Shown: positions 11,318 through 24,113, counted from the whole stretch's first letter. The stretch is DNA of 62,213 bases, filler included, from Basidiobolus meristosporus CBS 931.73 (GCA_002104905.1; 4 parts of 4 records of this genome joined end to end with filler, not necessarily neighbours in it); one strand, 5' to 3'. Translations and numbers: made by a program. The notes: generated by a model not told the origin, from the letters alone.

Positions 11318-12866
11318 TCAGGGCAGCTGCCGGATAATGTTCACCAGGTAGTCCTTTTCCTCGATAAACTGTTCGTCGTCTAATTCTTGTCGTCAGTGGA
11401 TCTGCCAATGGCGAGGGCACGTGGTTGGAATAGGCTTACCGTTACGACCGTTGCTGAGACTGCTCAGGTAGACGATCAGCTTCTCCTGGTTCTTCTTCAG
11501 GATCTCGGCGACCGGGTGCGTTTTGTTGGGGTTTGCCACGAAGATCTAGAGGGGATGGTAAGTAACAGGATGGACAAGAGAGGTAGGGGCCTTTCATCAT
11601 CACCTTGAATACATGGTACGCCTCGATCTGGATGTTTTTACTGGGATCGCGCAAAAGGTTCATGATCATCTTCAGGTTCTCGGAATATCCAATGAACTTG
11701 GTCATCACCTGGAAATTCGCTCGGTTCAGCAGGATCTCCGAGAGAAGCTATGGATTCCGGTTAGTGAGGTGGGCTTGTGTACCGGAAGCAAGATCTGGCG
11801 CCTACCTTGAGTGATTGCCGTTTAGTCACATAGTTAGGAGACATTAATAATCCATTATAGTTGTCAAAGAACTGGTGGGTGACTGGTTAGTGGGTGTCGT
11901 GACCATGAACAGTTTCGATTCCCTCACTTTATCGTAATCTTTGATCAAGAAGGCGGGGGTTAACTCTTTGTGGCGGGTCAGGATGTCCTAAAGAAGCAGT
12001 CGATGTTAGGGGAGTTGGGGACGACGCCACCACGGGAATTATTCTCAATTACCTTGAAGGTGGAGAAAGCATCGCTAGAGATGTCAAATGTATCCGACTC
12101 GATGTACTTGAAGAACTTGTAGAACTCTGGACTTTCGAGCAATCCTTTGGCCAAGGGTGGGTATTTGGCACAGTCCCTGAGGATGGAGCCACAGCATAGG
12201 GCTATCTCGGGGTTGCCATAACTATCCAGTGAAGCTGGTTAATCATCTGCCCAAAATCTGCATCCTCAACTACGTAGTTACTCACCCGTGCAGTATGGCA
12301 AAGAGCGTGTGAGATTTCTCAGAAAGATAATCCACTGTGGGGTGTCTGCTAGCGATTTGCCGACGAAGAAGCATACCGAAGATGCTCACCACGTCCTTTC
12401 TGGTCTGGATTCCCGGTTTAGTGAGGAGTACCATGGGCATCTGGACCCTTTCTTGTTGAACACATACCTCAAACTCGAGTGCAGGCAGCTTCATCACAAG
12501 TAACTGTAGCAATTCAACCTTGTATATCTCCTGAGCAAGCTGGGCAACTAGATGCAGGGTGTCATCTCGCTGAATAGGACAGCCTGCATGAAGGAAACAC
12601 AGACATACATCATCTCCACCAAGCATCGCTTTCATCAGTTGGACATTCCTGGTGATCTCCTCGGTAGCCTGCAATACAAACCGGTTAAGTAAACCCCTTG
12701 AAGGTTAACTCCACTTCTGCACGCCAAAGCGAACGAAAAGTGGGAGGTTCTCGAGGGATAGACATACTCTTTTCCATTCCGGTCCGTCGATTCTATACAA
12801 CGCATCCTTCACCCCGCGAACCACGTCCTGAGGGGTCTTGTTTTTGGATTTAAAGAAAAAGCTCAT
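11318..12866 (-). CDS. MO25: MO25/CAB39/Hym1 family scaffold protein (multi-exon)
   Basis: Exons read [16 protein letters not shown]..., [52 protein letters not shown] and [24 protein letters not shown] introns were located (12669-12767, 12570-12608, 12405-12467 and others). Confidence 0.95.
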
Positions 12867-13554
12867 GTCAATAAGGACCGGTTAACAAAGAGTGGGTGGG
12901 GGAATGGCTTTCGGGACTTTGTATCCCTGACGATGTAACAGTAGCGTCCTTAAAATCCCCTCGGGCCAATCAGCTGCGAGTGGGTTGAAATGAATAAACA
13001 AACCACTGAGTGCCTGGTGGGATTCGGAGTGGTTGCCAAATATCTTGCCATAGTGGTCAAATGCGTGCGTGGGAGATCTCGATATTTCTCTGGCCGGGAA
13101 TCCTCATATGTGCGATGTTTTGTTTATCACGCCGCCATTTGGATTGGATCAAATTGGATGGGGAACGCGCATACCAACGATTGGCACAACGCTTCATTCG
13201 TGTTGATTGTTGGCTGATTGAGTGCTTTCTGCCACGGTGGCTAAATATTATGATTGGGAGTATGTTTATTTCAGAGCTAAATGCACCTTGTTTCTTCCAG
13301 GGTCGTGTGACCTTTCTCCTTCCACTGGAATGGCACATCTTTGCTGATTCTACCCCTATAGATTAGCTCATAAAAGGATATTTAATTTAATCCGCTTCCT
13401 CTTCCATCAGCCAAATGAGCAGTAGTTATACGCTCCTTGTAGGGCAATGAATGGTCTTCACAACAACAGCTCTATGCCATCATTACCATGACGTTTATTA
13501 TTCTGCCTATGTTTACTGATCCCATCAGCAAGCATAGGAAAGATCAACCTTATG

Positions 13555-13654
13555 NNNNNNNNNNNNNNNNNNNNNNNNNNNNNNNNNNNNNNNNNNNNTT
13601 AATTAATTAANNNNNNNNNNNNNNNNNNNNNNNNNNNNNNNNNNNNNNNNNNNN
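13555..13654. other. Assembly spacer with six-frame-stop linker
   Basis: 44 N + TTAATTAATTAA (13599-13610) + 44 N. Confidence 0.97.
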
Positions 13655-14276
13655 AGCGGCTCAAGGCCTTCCTTGCTAAAAAAGGTACTTTGGCATTCTA
13701 TATCAACGACTGAACCTCTTGAACCAGCTTTACGACCAATCAAAGGATTGTTGCAATTATGGGTGCAAACAAGAACCATCATCAAAAAAGCAAAGCATCC
13801 AGCCGAAGTCAAGCCCAATATCAGCTAGTTGTTCAAAAAGAATATCATGTGGGACATATGGACTCCAACAGCGAATGTATCGAAGTCTATCTGGAAAAAT
13901 ATGAACACTTGCTCAAGTGGAAAAATATAATCTATATGTAATAAAAGTGAGCCTTCAGCTTGGATCAATGCAAATAATAATCCGATTACTCATAATTGGG
14001 TGACTTTTGTTTACGATATTGTAGTCAGTCAGTTGCATGTACCTGAAATACAAAAATATGACAAATCATGCGTATTTCGCTTGAAAGACTAAACCTCCAG
14101 GTGGATTACCAAAGGTGGATTACCAATTTAATATAAAGTCGCCAGTGCCTGCATGTTGTATGACCTGAAACTTAGTGATTGATAGTCGTGGGAACTAAGA
14201 AGATCCGTCGGGACTACGCATACACAAATATAAAGCCCAAAGAGGAGTGTCGATTCAAGAAACACTTAACGACAAA

Positions 14277-14959
14277 ATGCTTTTCAGAAATATCCTCTTA
14301 GCCGGCATCCTCTTTTGCCACTCCTCTTGACCGCGACCAGCCCAGTATTACGGCAACACCCGAGTATGTGGAGCTATATAAAAACGTAAAGGCATGTAGT
14401 GAAGAACTTCCATCTTCACTCAAGGCCATTCCCGCTGGTAAGGAAGTGAGGTTTGCGGAATGTGTGAAGATGATCTAGGAGTTTACTCAAAGCCTGGGAG
14501 CACCGAGCAATAGTGTGGCAAAGCGTGCTCTTGACGCATTTTTTGATGCCCTGGATCGCTTTGAGCAGACAGCAAAAAGCTGGGAGAACTCAAACCTCGT
14601 CTGTGGGATTACTAAGCAAAAAGGCGGCAAGGATATTTGCGGCTGTAACAAAGCTTACTGCTGGAGAAGAGTAAGTTACCATGGAATTTCCTGTACAGAA
14701 ACAGTGACTTACAAGGTATTCAGTGCCATGGGGGAGTAGGGATTATCTCGTTTGGCATTGGATATGCAGCAAAGTGCACCAGAGTGGTGTTACATCAACA
14801 ATATTCAAAGGTGGCATATAGGTTTCATTCAGTTAGTTTGCACCCTTACTGACGCTAAAGTCTTTCTGCAGTGGCTCCAAATATCAGGCATGCACCAAGG
14901 ACTCGGACTGCGTTTTTGACAACACTAATTGCGCCAAGAACTACTGTGCCCTCTTTTAA
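14277..14959 (+). pseudogene. Disrupted secreted Cys-rich protein (CGCxxxYCWRRC...EWCY...CxxDSDC...C...C)
   Basis: Signal-like start MLFRNILLAGILF with a TATA-like ATATAAA at ~14228. Probable intron 14671-14722 (GTAAGT...TTCAG). Carries an in-frame TAG and several frameshifts, and ends CAKNYCALF*. Confidence 0.55.
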
Positions 14960-15445
14960 GCATCACTATTTCCAACGTCTACTTTCACTTTTTCAGTGTC
15001 TATTGCTAGCTTTATACTCTAAAGCACTTGGTTGACATTATATGCTGATTACTATTTCGTGTATGCACTATCTCACATGAGGTAAAGTAGCAAACGGCGA
15101 GGCACCCAGGTTAAATCAATCTAGCTCGCATAAAGCTAATTGAGTGGGATCGAGAAGGTGATATAAATCGGGAGTACAAGAAGTCACGCCACTTTAAAGA
15201 TACTAGGATTAGCACTAGTATGCTCCAGAAAAGCATGGTGAGTTCCACAAAAAATGGAACAAAATTGAAAAAATAGGAAACTATGGACATGTGTGAGGGG
15301 AATGCAAAATACTAATGGTACTCAAGCAGCATAGTAATTGTGTGAGTAATGACCTGATTAATCCATGAAATATATAATTGTAATTTGCCCAGCTAAACCA
15401 TATTGTATGCTATATAACAGCCCACAGATACGTTATTCACTCCAC

Positions 15446-15940
15446 ATGCACTTTATTACCGTAGCAGTAATTCTAGACCTTGCTGCGAACCAAGATGCCG
15501 CTGCTGCCCCAATCGGCTATTCTTTCCCATGCACTCGCGAATATAGAAGGGACCATCGTCGCAGTTTACTATGTGTACAGTATGCGAACGATTGCTACCA
15601 AAACGTTCGTGTTTTGCCAGTCGTTAAGACGCCTAATGTCCAATCCCCGTTATTGCGCCAGGTTTTCACCACCGTTACTAGAAAGCACGTTAACCTGAAC
15701 ATTGCTAACGCCAGCAGCAATAAAGGCTTCAGCATCAAGTATCAAGCAGGGCCCAGTCTCGAACCGGAGGGTGGGGCCAATACATTCGAATATGCCAAGC
15801 AAAAGGACTATAGTTCTTTCTCTCCCTACGTTCTGATGCAGCCCACCCAAGATGTACAATACACAACCCCAGTAATAGAGACACGATGCATAAAAGAACA
15901 AAATATTCAATACACTCATTGTACTGATAATTGCGCCTAA
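15446..15940 (+). CDS. Hypothetical, possibly secreted, 164-aa protein
   Basis: Open frame from MHFITVAVILDLAA with an imperfect signal-like N-terminus and 5 Cys. No family recognised. Confidence 0.35.
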   Translation: MHFITVAVILDLAANQDAAAAPIGYSFPCTREYRRDHRRSLLCVQYANDCYQNVRVLPVVKTPNVQSPLLRQVFTTVTRKHVNLNIANASSNKGFSIKYQAGPSLEPEGGANTFEYAKQKDYSSFSPYVLMQPTQDVQYTTPVIETRCIKEQNIQYTHCTDNCA

Positions 15941-18546
15941 CAGATAAATCAACCTAAACTGAGAACATTGGGTAGGCAAAACAAATAAGCACTATTTGCA
16001 CGACTGCCCTACTCTCACAGTCTCATAGACTATCAATCCAAGGTAGTGTAGCAGCCCAATAAGAATTGGCATATGACAATACCTCACAACGACAGACACC
16101 GGAGGAATAAGCACACTTAACATTTGGTTGGTAGCAAAGGTGAAATAATGAATGCAACATAGCCGGATAGAGAAGTTCAATACGCGTTATGTATTAACTA
16201 CCGCATTTGGAGAGCTGGTGGGCTCCTACATTGGGATGTAAGTAGGCCCTTTTGAACGCCATTTTCAATGTTTATGTACTTACTCCATCGAACTGTAAAA
16301 AGATATGTCGATATTGGGAGGTAAATTGCCGTTGAAGTCAACATACGATTGTGTTATTCGCGAGACGCAAAACGACTCATACTACGATTTCTCAAGCAAG
16401 GGCTTGAAGCGTGCACACAGGAATGGCACTGTTCTTACGTAGTTGGTTATTTCATAGTCAATGTTGGTATTTCCGAACAGTATATATAATACATTTATTT
16501 TCGTCGCTTCCAAGATTATGGGATGTGGCTACGAAATGAGCGAAAAATTTTATCGATTTTTTTCCTATAAAAAGAGAGCATCTGTGGTTTGGTATCGTTA
16601 CGACTGTACTTTACAGGATTATGTATATAGTACATTCCCAGTACACTAAAGGACGGTTTGCACATTCTGACAGCTTGTTACTCAACTATCATTCAAAAAA
16701 ATTAAGTCAAAATATCAATCTATATTGCTACAAAGTCACGAGAAAAGAAAAATGCTTAAAATTTTGATTGCAAAATGGCATACTTGTTTGATTACGATTA
16801 CAGTTATCTGACCTTTAAAATCAAAATTCATAACTAAATGTATAAGTGGCACACAACTTTGCGTAAAAATCGGAAGAGTAAGTCGGTAGTCTAACTTTAT
16901 TGTAGCGGCTACTGGTGATCATCCACTCAGACTTGCCAACCTCTGACTCCTCCAGTGCGCTTGGTTTTCGTTGCTCTGTTGCCAGCCTCACGCGTTCCCC
17001 AAGTCTTTAATAACCTTGACATCTCGCAATTGCTTGAAGATGTCAATGTCAACACTAGGCTCCAGAGGACAACGTCCTCGACATGGATCGAAATCATCAG
17101 CAGGGACCCACTACTCAAGCCTTCACCCAATCATTCCTCCAGGAGTTTGAGCTACAGATAGACGCCACTCTACCCAACTGTTCAGTCTGTCGAAATTCAC
17201 AGTATAACAAATAACAAAATGTAGGGGCTAAGAATTATGGTATCCGGGTTTTTTGTTACAATACCTCGATATATCTTATTATCACTTGAAGCTAACTTTA
17301 CTATTCCTCCCCGTGTATTCTCAAATATCGCAGATTACATTACCACGTCAAATGTCTGCCATTGGGCCCAAGCATCACTAAATAATTTAGCCTCACATAT
17401 GTAAATATTCTACATTGTAGTAAACACTGGGTGGGTAAGCTAATTGATAGAGCTATTTACTATTTCAAATAGACATTTCCAGGCGAAGTCCTCACTCTGG
17501 TAGGTAAGGACCTAGAGCGTACTTGTTCTCCTACCTCAGGCCTATGAATATACGACCAAGTCTTTCACTGCTATATACTACGATCCTGTCTCAATAACTA
17601 TGGTCAACTTCCGCCAATGGGTTGATAGATGCTTGAAGAAGAGTGTTTGACACCGTAATTAACAAACGCACCCTTATTCTGGAGACTGCCAACTCGATCC
17701 CCTATGGCTCATCTTATGACGGAGTAGAGCAGAAGATCTCCAATCATCCACGGCTTTTCAACTTGCTTCATTGCTGCTTTTAACAGAAAATGGAAGGGAA
17801 GAGTATCTGGCTAATTCGTGCCACCTCCGACAAACATTGTCTTAGTTCTTCACAGTGTACTACACGCTGAATTATCGGAAAGTGTGGAATTTACCTGGCA
17901 TATCAACGTAGATACTGAGATAACAAATGCCCACTGTATTCTAGGATGCGTGGTGGGTACCGCCTCTACTTCTCATCCAAAAAGACTTCATACTTATATT
18001 AAAAAGTACGAGTGTTTACAAATCTGCAGTGTTATATGTGCTTGATACTGCCTTCGGTTATTTTGCCACTATTGCAGCGATTGCTGTCTCAATTCCGGTC
18101 TATTATCTTATCTCGCCACTGCACCTAGTATATTCATGCTCAATGCTCAAGCTTAACCCACTGCTGGTGCAACATTCCAGAAACCAGAACAACTTGAATG
18201 TTCTGGCTTGGAAGTATGCGTTGATGTCCTAAGCAATTATGGCGTTATGTGTATTCTTTATATGGTTGATACTTGTTTCAAATCTCTCCAAGCCCAGAAA
18301 GGTTTGGCAGATCTGGGGCATTTGGTACTGCGAGTCCTACATTGTAAGGAAGTTGTAAAAATTACTAAGAAGCTACGATAAATATTGAACTGATTGATTT
18401 AGGTAGTTGAACACAGACCACTCATGTAATAGGTATGTTTGGGAAGCAATGCTATGCACATTGTTAATGAGGTACTTGTTGGATCGTTGAGTGAGAGGAA
18501 AGCTTCAAATGGTTTATTTCGACAGCAAAGTGACAACACTTCGGAA

Positions 18547-20167
18547 TTAGCAAGCACCCAGGTCAGTCCACACATTCTGGCTGTTATTTCCAGGGGTATC
18601 ATTCTGGGTCCACCATTTGGCCTGCCAGATATGGCCATTGTAGGTTACCTTTTGTGCTCCGTTGTACGCCTGTGATGATTTCCAGGCATCAACTCCACTG
18701 CAGACACCAGTTCCTGGGGTAGGGGTACCAGAGGGAGCAGAAGTGGTAGTGGGTTTAGTAGCCGAAGAACTAGTGGTAGGCTTTGTAGCTGAAGAGGTAG
18801 TGGAGCTGCTGGGGGTTGTAGTGGTCGCTGTCACAGGCGGCTGAGTGGTATCTGGCTGACGAACAACCTGAACGGCATTCAAAAGCTCATCATTAGAGTC
18901 ATTTGTCATATCCCAAAACATGACCCCGCGATATCCCTGCTGCTTGGAATATTCGGCCTTAACCTTCAACGACTGAGGGTCATCGTAAGATATGTACATC
19001 TTATTGCTTGAGCCGAATAGCCAGGGGGTCTGCGTTACATTATCCCAGTAACGATTCCAGCCGCTGATGGGGCTGGATGGTCCATTCTTGAGAATCTCAC
19101 TGCGAAGGTACTTCCATGCCCAAAGCCCACCGTAGACGGACCCTTCGTTACAAAAAGCATTTGGCTCGTTGGAATCTGATGGGTCTCCTTTAGGCACGGT
19201 GGGTGACTTGGAAACGTATTGGTTGGATGGGTTCGAGTTCATGTCCACAGTAGCAGTCAGTGATCGGCCATAAAATGGCAGGCCCATCACCAGCTTGTTG
19301 GCTGGCCATTTGGCATTTAGCCAGGCCTTCGAAGCTTGGCGGAATGAAAATGGGTCTCCGCCTTTGGTATCATAGTCAAACGGAGCGTTGGGGCCGGTGG
19401 TGGCAGACCAGCCACCATTGATGTCGTATGCCATAACGTTAATAAAGTCAAAGTAGGGGGCAAATGCCGAGACATCGTTAAGTGGATTGCCTCCAGGTCC
19501 ATCGAAAGGTTGAACCCTGACAGCCGCAGTGATAAGCTTGTGCTCGGTAGGGAATTCCTTGTCAAGCGCGGCACGTAATTCTTTTAGGAGTAGCAAGTAA
19601 TTCGCGGTATCTGCAGCATCGTACACATTACACACGGCTCCTTCTCTGGCTGGGTATTCCCAATCAATGTCAATTCCATCCAAGTCCCATCCGTCCGGAG
19701 TTTGTCCTTCAGGCTTCGTGTTTTTGCGGACAAAAACTAGGGCATTATTGATGAATTTCTGGCGAAGAAGTGGATCGCGAGCTACTAGCGAGAACGTCTG
19801 ACTTCCTGTCCAACCGCCTATTGAAATTTGCACTTTGACGCCTTTGGGGGTAGCTAGTTGCTTTAATTGACGAATGGCGGTACCGTCATAATCCGCATCG
19901 ATAAAGATATTCGTAGGGTCGTCTTTCTTCGTCAAGACACCGAAGCCTTTGAAAAATAGTGAGTGGTAGAAAATGGCAGCTACCCTATGGCCGAATAGAC
20001 TTACCGTAATTGATGTGAGTGACCTTGTCATAGCTGAGCTGACTAGGCTGGACATTCCCCCAAGGAACGTAGTATCCAACAATCACCTTATCATCGGCGG
20101 CTAGCGCTGATGGGGAAAGAACGATGGCAACGGAGAGAGCGGAAAGAAGAAATCTAGTAAACTTCAT
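18547..20167 (-). CDS. Secreted GH18 chitinase with Ser/Thr linker and C-terminal CBM5/12 (ChtBD3) chitin-binding module, 520 aa
   Basis: Signal peptide, one 58-nt intron (19947-20004), the catalytic motif DGIDIDWEYP plus SIGGW and DFINVMAYD, and a C-terminal AWxSSQAYNGxQKVTYNGHIWQAKWWTQNDTPG. Confidence 0.95.
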
Positions 20168-22299
20168 GATGTTGTTGCTATTTTCGAAAGCTCAGATGGA
20201 TTCTTATACTTTCTGTTGAAGTGAAGATACAGGAAAGAGCGAGAGGTGGAGGTACAGGAAAGCTGGTAAGCAGCAAGAATACCAGGTGTTAATTATTCCA
20301 AATAAAGGAGATCGCTGATGATCCCGTTGCATACCCACTCACGAAACAGTCTCTTTTACAACATTTAGTCTAGCGCAAACAAGGCGACTCACCTTCATCT
20401 ACATAACTAAATTCCCTCACTCGCAATACATGTGTATATACCTACCTTAAACCACTATGCGATACTAACCTATATTCCCATTTTGCCCTGTTCTTGAAGG
20501 ACTACAAACAAGGACTACCACATCATCAGTTAGGCTTTACCTGGAGTGTTAAGCTGATACCGAGCCAGAATGAGCCAGCCTATATATAGCTAAATTTGAT
20601 ATTCACACTGGTTTAGTTGTAGGACAAGGAAAGCAATTTAGACGTAAGTGCAGTTTAATATTGGATCTTTCCGATGCCCAAAGTAGAAACCTGTCTTGCC
20701 AATCAATAAGTGTGCACCCCGCTTTCTTCCAGTAGTCCCAAACCACTCCATCAAATTTGAGTAACAATGACTAAGTGATTGGCGTACGTATAGTGCAGGG
20801 ACAATCCCCGATAGGTCCCAGGTCAAGAAGGCGAAGGTAACTACATATTGCGAGAGAATTGTGGCCTAGTACGGATGTAGATGAGTGCAGGCGTATATGA
20901 AGAGAAGTAGATATTATACTGGATAAGATACACTTGGAATTACTGTAGGCATTGAACGATTTTCTCACTACACAGCAAATGTAGTGAGATAAAAAACGAT
21001 TGGTGCGAATTTTAGCCTAGATGTTAAATTAATGTGAAACTACACTATTAAATGATCGAGTATGGCAATGATCGCCACAGTATGACCCTCCTTCACCTTA
21101 TGGATACAACCTGTACCATGCCTGTTGATATCACTGTTGAATATAATTAGCAAGTGTTCGGAGCAACCGCGTTGTGCGTCGAAATACTGCTTTCACAACA
21201 GAAATATCCAAGATATGATTGCGGAGAGTAGACCTCTGTAACCCAATACTAAATCGGAATTACTAGGCTTCAAAATGAATACTACAGAGGATGTGTTGAA
21301 CAATAGCTATAAATAATAAACGGGTCTATAAATCAGAAACATTTACAAATACGTTGTTCAATTGCGACCAGCATCTCTCTCTCTTTTTTCGCTGCTTCAT
21401 TGACTAAAGCGAGTTCGCGGCCTGGATTGATTTTGACGATGTCAACTATTCTGTTCATAGGTACCCGGTCAATGAATATCCAGCCAGGATTGGAAAACAG
21501 CATAGTAAGTGGCAGGGTTCGTATATTGGTTTGTCGCATGGTATTCTACAACTCCAACCGCCGAGGAAACTATTGAATCTTAAACCACAGAGACGATGAA
21601 TAATTTACTAACCTACATAGCTGGATCAGAAATAACAATACTGTTGTGCGTGGCGAAGATGGAATGTGATAGAGATTTAACTAAATTTTGGGCTAAATGG
21701 AAACACAGGTGAACATCAATGTAACAAGTACAAATATCCAAAATAACAATCATTCAGGCTGTAACATTTACTACAACTAACTGCCAAGGAAAATCGTTCA
21801 ATGATTGAGCTGGTGTCACAAAGAGCACGTTGTAGACGACTGATCAGAGAGGGATTCAGTCTATTCTAAATATGGTTAGGTTTGCGTGTTGAAGCTCTTG
21901 AAACCTGCTTCCTTTGGGTGGATTTGACAGTCAACCAGGACTGTCACAAAAGTGTAAATCTCGATTTGATCAAAGTTGCATCATCTAAAACCTCACTATG
22001 AAATTATGGATTACTATCACACTCCTCGCTATCTAACCCATTGTACTCAAAGGGTAGGAAGCACAAATATCAGCGTAATATTGAATACATCGATGCTTGA
22101 GAGCATATTGGTACTTTATTATAACCAATATATACACTAGCCAGCTAATGTATTGCAGACGTAAGACTCAACTAGTTATGTCAAACGAAGCTAACCCCGT
22201 TACCTGTCTTGAAAGCCACGTAAGTTTTGACATAAGGACTACCGTCGTAATTCTAGTTGCTTGTATACACCTCGCTAGCAGATTCGATCCGCTCAACTA

Positions 22300-23146
22300 C
22301 TGTAACATGACTGTCGCTGCCGACGTCTTGGTTCCCAGGCTGGATGACGATGATGGAAGGAACTTTGGGTTTGCTTGATACTGTCCATCCAGGTGTGTTT
22401 CTGGCGGAGGAAGCCCCGGTTAGTGCATCTCCCGACCACGCTATGTGATAGCTTGCTAGCTGAACGTGGCAAGCATCGGCCCAATCGGTAAACTGCCCGG
22501 ATGTGGTACTACCCGCAGTATTGTTCTGACTACTGCTATTATTGCTATTTCCGGCGCTATTTACGTTGCCAGAACTATCGCTGTTTCCGTCTCCACTCTG
22601 ACGGTAGTGGTCTTGCTCATTCCCACTGCTATTACTGCTACCTGTGCTATAACTTTCTCCGTCTATATTTCTGCTGTTGTGGTATTTCCCTTTGTTATTG
22701 TGATTTTTGTTACTGGTGCTGTAACCGTTTTCACCTTCGTTACCACTGCCGTGGTTTTTTCCGTTGCTTTTGCTATTCTTGTTACCAGATATGTGAGCTT
22801 TTCTGTCTCCATTACCACCGTTGTGACTTTTTCCCTTGTTTTTGTTCTTCTTGTTACTGGCGCTGTAGCCATTTCTACCACCCTTTACACCCTAACGGTC
22901 TTTTACATTGCGCTTGTCATTCTTTTTACCAGCCTTGTAACTTCTTTCGGCTCCATTTCCGAGATCGAAATTTTTCTCGTCAGTTTTTTGGTCTCCACGC
23001 GAGTTCCTACCCTTCTACTAAAACCTGGGAGGCTTCACTGAAGTAACACCTTTGATATCCGGGTTGGTTCGCTCGACTGATAAGGTATCCACCACAATCC
23101 CGGCGAGGCAGAGCGCGAGGATCAACAAGCAAAAGAGTGAATTCAT
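22300..23146 (-). pseudogene. Disrupted secreted Thr/Val/Lys/Glu-rich repetitive (mucin or cell-wall-like) protein
   Basis: Signal peptide MNSLFCLLILALCLAG, frameshift near 23020, internal TAPVT repeats and at least four in-frame TAA/TAG codons. The 3' limit is approximate. Confidence 0.5.
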
Positions 23147-23801
23147 TTCTTCAGGTAATCCTTTCCGAAACCAGTCGTTTTTGATGTGTGTATTTATACA
23201 GTGCTCCACTCTAGGGATATTAAGTGGGATGATGAGAAAATGGAACCAAGCCCAACAATTCTCCCTTCCGTCAGGGCCCTTACGGAGTATCTTAAAACCT
23301 GCACCAGCTCCGGTGAACCCAGTTTCCCTTCCGCAGTGACCGGTCATGAAAGTGGACCTGGAACAGGCAGGCTCCGTTAACATTCGATTTGTTCCCGTTT
23401 GCCATGCATTTAGCTTTGCTAACACCTATACGGTGAAGTATTTGCTGGGACGTAATCCAAAACTCAATCCAATTCTCCTGAATCTGGATGAAAACAAAGC
23501 CTAAAGGGTCAAAGAGATCAGCAGGAGTATGTGGTGATATGATGGTTGCTGAGAAGCCCTAGTTTTTCAATCAACAGTAACAAAAGATGATGTACTTGAT
23601 TAAAAGAGTACCCAAAGTACACCCTTTTTGGGCAACAATCAATGTGCTTTGACCACTCGAAAAAAGAGCAGAGGGATGTTTATTAGTCGTGCTAAGAAAT
23701 GGTTGTAACAATTCGAGGATCCGCATTGAAGGTTAAGTCCTACCATATCTGCTGTAAATTGGCGTGGTTGGTATGGAGGGATTAGTGACTTAGTAGTGTG
23801 A

Positions 23802-24113
23802 TTATTGGGATTGGAATTTGGTTATAAGGGAGAGGGGCTCGTTAACCAAGAAAATTTTGCTTCGGATGTTTTGGATTCCAAATGACTGGAGACGTGCTGT
23901 ATGTTCCGCCAGATAACTCTTGGCATCCTTTTCGTTGGTAAAAAGATAGATGCCACCGGCTTCCTTTGTCTCGGGATTTTCAGTCCATATTTTCCAGATC
24001 AAGCCAGGTGTTTTGGCAATGTGAGCGGCCAGGTCAGCGTAACCTTCACTCATTTCCTTCCCAAAAGGACCCTCATTAGGGAAATCGATTTGCAAGACGA
24101 TGGTTGAGGACAT
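23802..24113 (-). CDS. ydhR: YdhR-family putative monooxygenase (bacterial type, dimeric alpha/beta barrel)
   Basis: 103-aa intronless ORF. LQIDFPxxGPFG, PGLIWKIWTENxETKEAGGIYLF, YLxxHTARL and KIFxVNEPLS match bacterial YdhR along the full length. Confidence 0.9.
   Translation of the reverse strand: MSSTIVLQIDFPNEGPFGKEMSEGYADLAAHIAKTPGLIWKIWTENPETKEAGGIYLFTNEKDAKSYLAEHTARLQSFGIQNIRSKIFLVNEPLSLITKFQSQ

Noticed and set aside
13599-13610. TTAATTAATTAA palindrome repeated three times in the window
   Set aside because: It lies inside N runs with identical geometry each time, so it is an assembly linker and not biology.
16955-17161. ASRVPQ resembling a PQ-loop motif
   Set aside because: No flanking transmembrane helices or second repeat, GTG start, and probably a chance match.
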